Shown piece after piece: positions 60,231 to 64,000 of a DNA stretch of 64,000 nucleotides. Position 1 is the first letter of the stretch, and each line of letters starts with the position of its first letter. The stretch covers positions 55,150,196 through 55,214,195 of the forward strand of contig NC_057718.1 in assembly GCF_004010195.1 (NCBI RefSeq), read 5' to 3'. A program made the position numbers and the translations under genes. The notes beneath the pieces are model-generated. The model did not search any database, was not told the DNA's origin, and worked only from the letters and a program-made list of their open reading frames with translations. This DNA comes from Chiloscyllium plagiosum (Eukaryota).

Positions 60231-63200
60231 TATGTCATATCAATTCTGGAAGGTCATCAATTCCACTTTTATGTTTGTACAATTCAACCAGAAGTGTGCC
60301 ATGGAACCTGATGCATAATGAATGATGTGAGAAGCAGAAGGTTGTGAGAGAATGCTCAACAGAGGGGAACCTTTCAAGAAACTCCCTGTAAATGACACTT
60401 AGCCAAAATGGCCAAAATTTAGCCTGGCAATTTAATGTTAAATTGTTTAACATTATTTATTTTCTAATTAACAAGTGCATCAACTTATTAATGACAAATA
60501 CTGTTTGATATCATACAACAAACATTTTCACAATTTTTTGCTGTACTAAATTAGATTAAGGCCACTTTAAAGAAGATCTCGATCTGTCAATTTACATCTA
60601 CATATACCTACGTAACTATTGCTTTCCATGTATTTACGTTGCAGTCTTTTTTGATGTTCAATGTTTGTTTTTTGTGACAGTTTTATAATTTTACAGATTT
60701 ACATGACTGTTTCAAAACTGCAAACCAGTAAATAATATCAAAGAACCTAATTTAAACCAGTCCACTCTATCATAATGATTGGTTGTGTAAATTACACACA
60801 AAGCATCTGTTAATTTTTGCAGGAAAACATAGTATTAAATCACGTAAGCCACATTGCACATTGTAATATGCATGTAATATACTGTTAATAGTGTAAAGCA
60901 ATGAGAAAGTACAATCAGCATCATAATATCCCCCTTTATAATGTAAATGACGGTAATTATAGATGTATGATATTCACTTCTGAAAACATATTGTGGAAGG
61001 GGTCCAAAGCTGAAGGTGCAGTTAAGATTCCCCTTGCACCAATTCTGGCCAGAAGTTGAGCTTAAGATTTTCGAGTTTTTTTTTCAATTGAAGTTACCAA
61101 ATTTAAGGTGATTTGCAATCAGACTGTTGGTCAGAGTTAATGGAATATAAAGTGGGCTATTGTGTCGTAGAATACATTAGTTCAATTTGATGAGTATTTG
61201 GAACATATTAGAGAAGACTTCAATAGAAGCCTACTGCTTTCCCACATGAAAGGTGTGAAATTACAAGAACAACTTATCCTATGTTCCTGTAAATCACCAG
61301 TTGAAGGCTTAGATTTGGTCATGTTGTAAATCTGAAATATAGAAATAACAGGAAGGAAAACAGGACAGTTATATTTATGAGCTTTTGCAACATGTTTGCT
61401 ATGAGGGTACAGACACTTTATTTTACCCCTATGGTAAATTTCTTAATTTTTACAAAATTATTTTCATGTATTATCAAGATCAGAAATTTTTGATACTGTA
61501 ATGGAATTTCTAAAAACAATTGCATGATTTCTGGCACTGAAAATTTGATTAAAATGTTATTGCCATTTGGAACTTTGTGGGAGTATACGAAACCTCGTAA
61601 ACTAATAGCAGCGTTCACTCCTGAGAATTCTGTGGTAACTAGCTTATGTGAAAGGAGGTTTGAGCAAGCTTTTTCTGGTTTCACCTAGCTCAAACCAGTT
61701 TTCATTAAGCTTCATGAGAAAAAATAAACATTCTGAAATTAGTTTGGACTTTATAATATTCATGATGAAGAGGAAATTTGAAATGCAGTGTATGAAAAGA
61801 TTAGGCAACGTATTTTATTCTGTGCAGTATTTCTGGAGTGTTCTAAACCTTTAAGATAGTTCTTAGGAGGAAAAGCTTTTAATTTACGAATGACAAACTC
61901 ATTTGACCAGTCTTTTAGATAAAGTTTTCATATTTTATTTGGGATTTTGACTTACAATACAATCATTTATTACACAATTTGTTCACCTCGAAGAAACATA
62001 AGCTCAGTTCTTTTATAGATGGATAAACTTGGGTAATCCATGGGAAGGTTTTGGAGGATTGTGGATTCCCATTCATTTCGGTTTTGGATTTTTGTGCAGA
62101 ATATTCTACATTATAGAGTTCAAAAAACTTTAAATTCAAACGTTCACGTACTTCTAAGTGCTGTGATGTTGATTCTGTGCCCACATTCTGTTTCTAACAG
62201 AGAGTACAGATGAGCAGTTTCTGAAAAAATACTTCATAGTGTGTGAATTTTGCAAAAGCAAGCTCTGAACTAATATTTTAGAAAAAGCTCTTTCTCTCAT
62301 TTATGTAAAATCATCATGATATGGAATTTAAAATGGAGAATCAGCAGTAAAATAAAATAAGGGTAGGTTGCTCTGCCAGCACTGCCCTGAATCACTGTAC
62401 ATGTCTTGAATATACCTAGAATTAGTGACTTTGAAATCAAGGCAGGGAAATTTCTGTGTACTTGCCAAAGAATAATAAAAGATTATTTATATTCTTGGTT
62501 CCAAATTCTCACCTGGTCTCTGGAAAGCACATCGTATTCCATCTGGTGTTTACAGGGCCTCTACAGGCCCTTATCTCTCACAAACCTACCCACACCCCAT
62601 GCCAGCCCATGACCCCTCAGACTGTTCATGCCATTTCTGTGTTGCCCACGCACATGCACATGTCTTCCCTCGAGTCACTCACCCTGTATGCATTGTGTGT
62701 AGTCCTCCAAGCAATATCAATGGAAAATATTAGATTTTCCTTGGGGGAAGAAAATTAATGTATCATCTACTGAGCACTTGCATGCCTTTGAGACTAAAAG
62801 AAATGCATGCTGCTATTTTTCTTTGGCAGGAGTAGTTGGGGGAAGGAATAAGACTTCTAATACGTATGATCCTGTTAGCTTCGTCGGCAAACCAGAAACT
62901 ACATCAAAGCGGCAATCTGTTGTTATAATGTCTTGAAACTGCCATTCATTCTTTGAATGAGATACCTACTGTGCTGAAATTTATTAGTACATAAACCTCA
63001 GTCATTGTTTGGACAGATCTGGCTATTATCAATGCTAGATTGATAATCTAGGAAGTGAGAACAGGTGTGTTTTTTCCCCAACAATATTATGTCAAATCCA
63101 AAATGAAATTCCAGTTTTTCTGTCCAAGTTGAAAATATTTTTCTTCATCTTGTGTCAGTTATATAACGCCATTAAAATATGGGACATTTTGTAATATTTT

Positions 63201-64000
63201 TCACTACTTTATGGTGCTTTCTCTATTCTATTGGTTAATGTAGCATTTAACTTGTATTTACAATACAGTTGTCAATGATTGGTCTGCATTAAACTTACCC
63301 TATATCACATTAGAACACCATATAGTGACAGTTGAGTGTGTGCAAACACTTCACATTTACCTGTGAGTGCTCCAGACATGATCATGATTTTGATTTTCTT
63401 TATGAACCATCAAACCGTGTGTGTTTTTAATAGGCTTCCAAAATTCTGATTTTTGTCTCTCATTCCAAATGAGAAACCTGACCTCAGTGGGGGCAGGAAT
63501 ATATTTTGCACATGAGGTATTTCCAACATGCAAAAATGAAGGGGAATGTGGGGAAAAAAATTAAATTTTTTCCAGAGAAAGTTGAAGTATGGCAATTAGC
63601 GTCCAACCACACTCCTCTAAACAAAAGGCAAAAATTTAGACCCCAATTCGGGAAGATTCTGTGAACATCCATTAAGTTTATAAGTAAAGTATTCCAGAAA
63701 TGCTTGTTGTCTTAATACTTTACATTTTTGTGAAAGGCAAAAATCTCTTTGGTTGACATGTTTTAATGTAGATATCTTTGCTGAAGCTATTTGTTGTATG
63801 GTGAATTATATAATTCAAATTGCTTGCACTGCTGTTTGGTTACCACGTATCATTAATGTCACATACTTTGAAGGAAAAATTCAATAGATAATATTTTAAC
63901 TTTTAAAGTGTTTAAATCTGGAACTTGATTATGTCAATGTGAACTGCATTTGAAATAAATGGAAATGTAGAACTGCTATGAACTAGCTTTGCTAAGTTTG

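Noticed and set aside
61956..62190. Minus-strand 73-aa ORF between possible splice sites
   Set aside because: Stop precedes the donor, no recognisable homology, and it is antisense to the inferred gene

Overview
Eukaryotic, repeat-rich (~40% GC), CpG-depleted vertebrate DNA. The repeat families (HE1-type V-SINEs, HER1/CR1 LINEs, SacSINE1-like Deu-SINEs, Penelope-like elements) point to a shark, probably a carpet/bamboo shark (inference). I can support no intact protein-coding gene: the ORFs that resemble known proteins are decayed retroelement or transposon fragments. The main host feature is a CpG island at ~31.6-32.9 kb with GC box, CCAAT box and + strand splice donors, probably the promoter and non-coding first exon of an unidentified gene whose first intron(s) fill the rest of the window. 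The most notable elements are: (1) three Penelope-like element (PLE) families carrying minimal hammerhead-ribozyme cores, with many short TSD-flanked copies that truncate or fold back at the ribozyme; (2) a 55.2-58.5 kb stack where polyadenylated non-coding elements and a Tx1-type LINE inserted repeatedly at one ~15-bp site in an LTR-like head; (3) a Deu-SINE head joined to a LINE endonuclease; (4) a four-level nest of LINEs. Family names come from recalled motifs, not database searches, and most boundaries are approximate.
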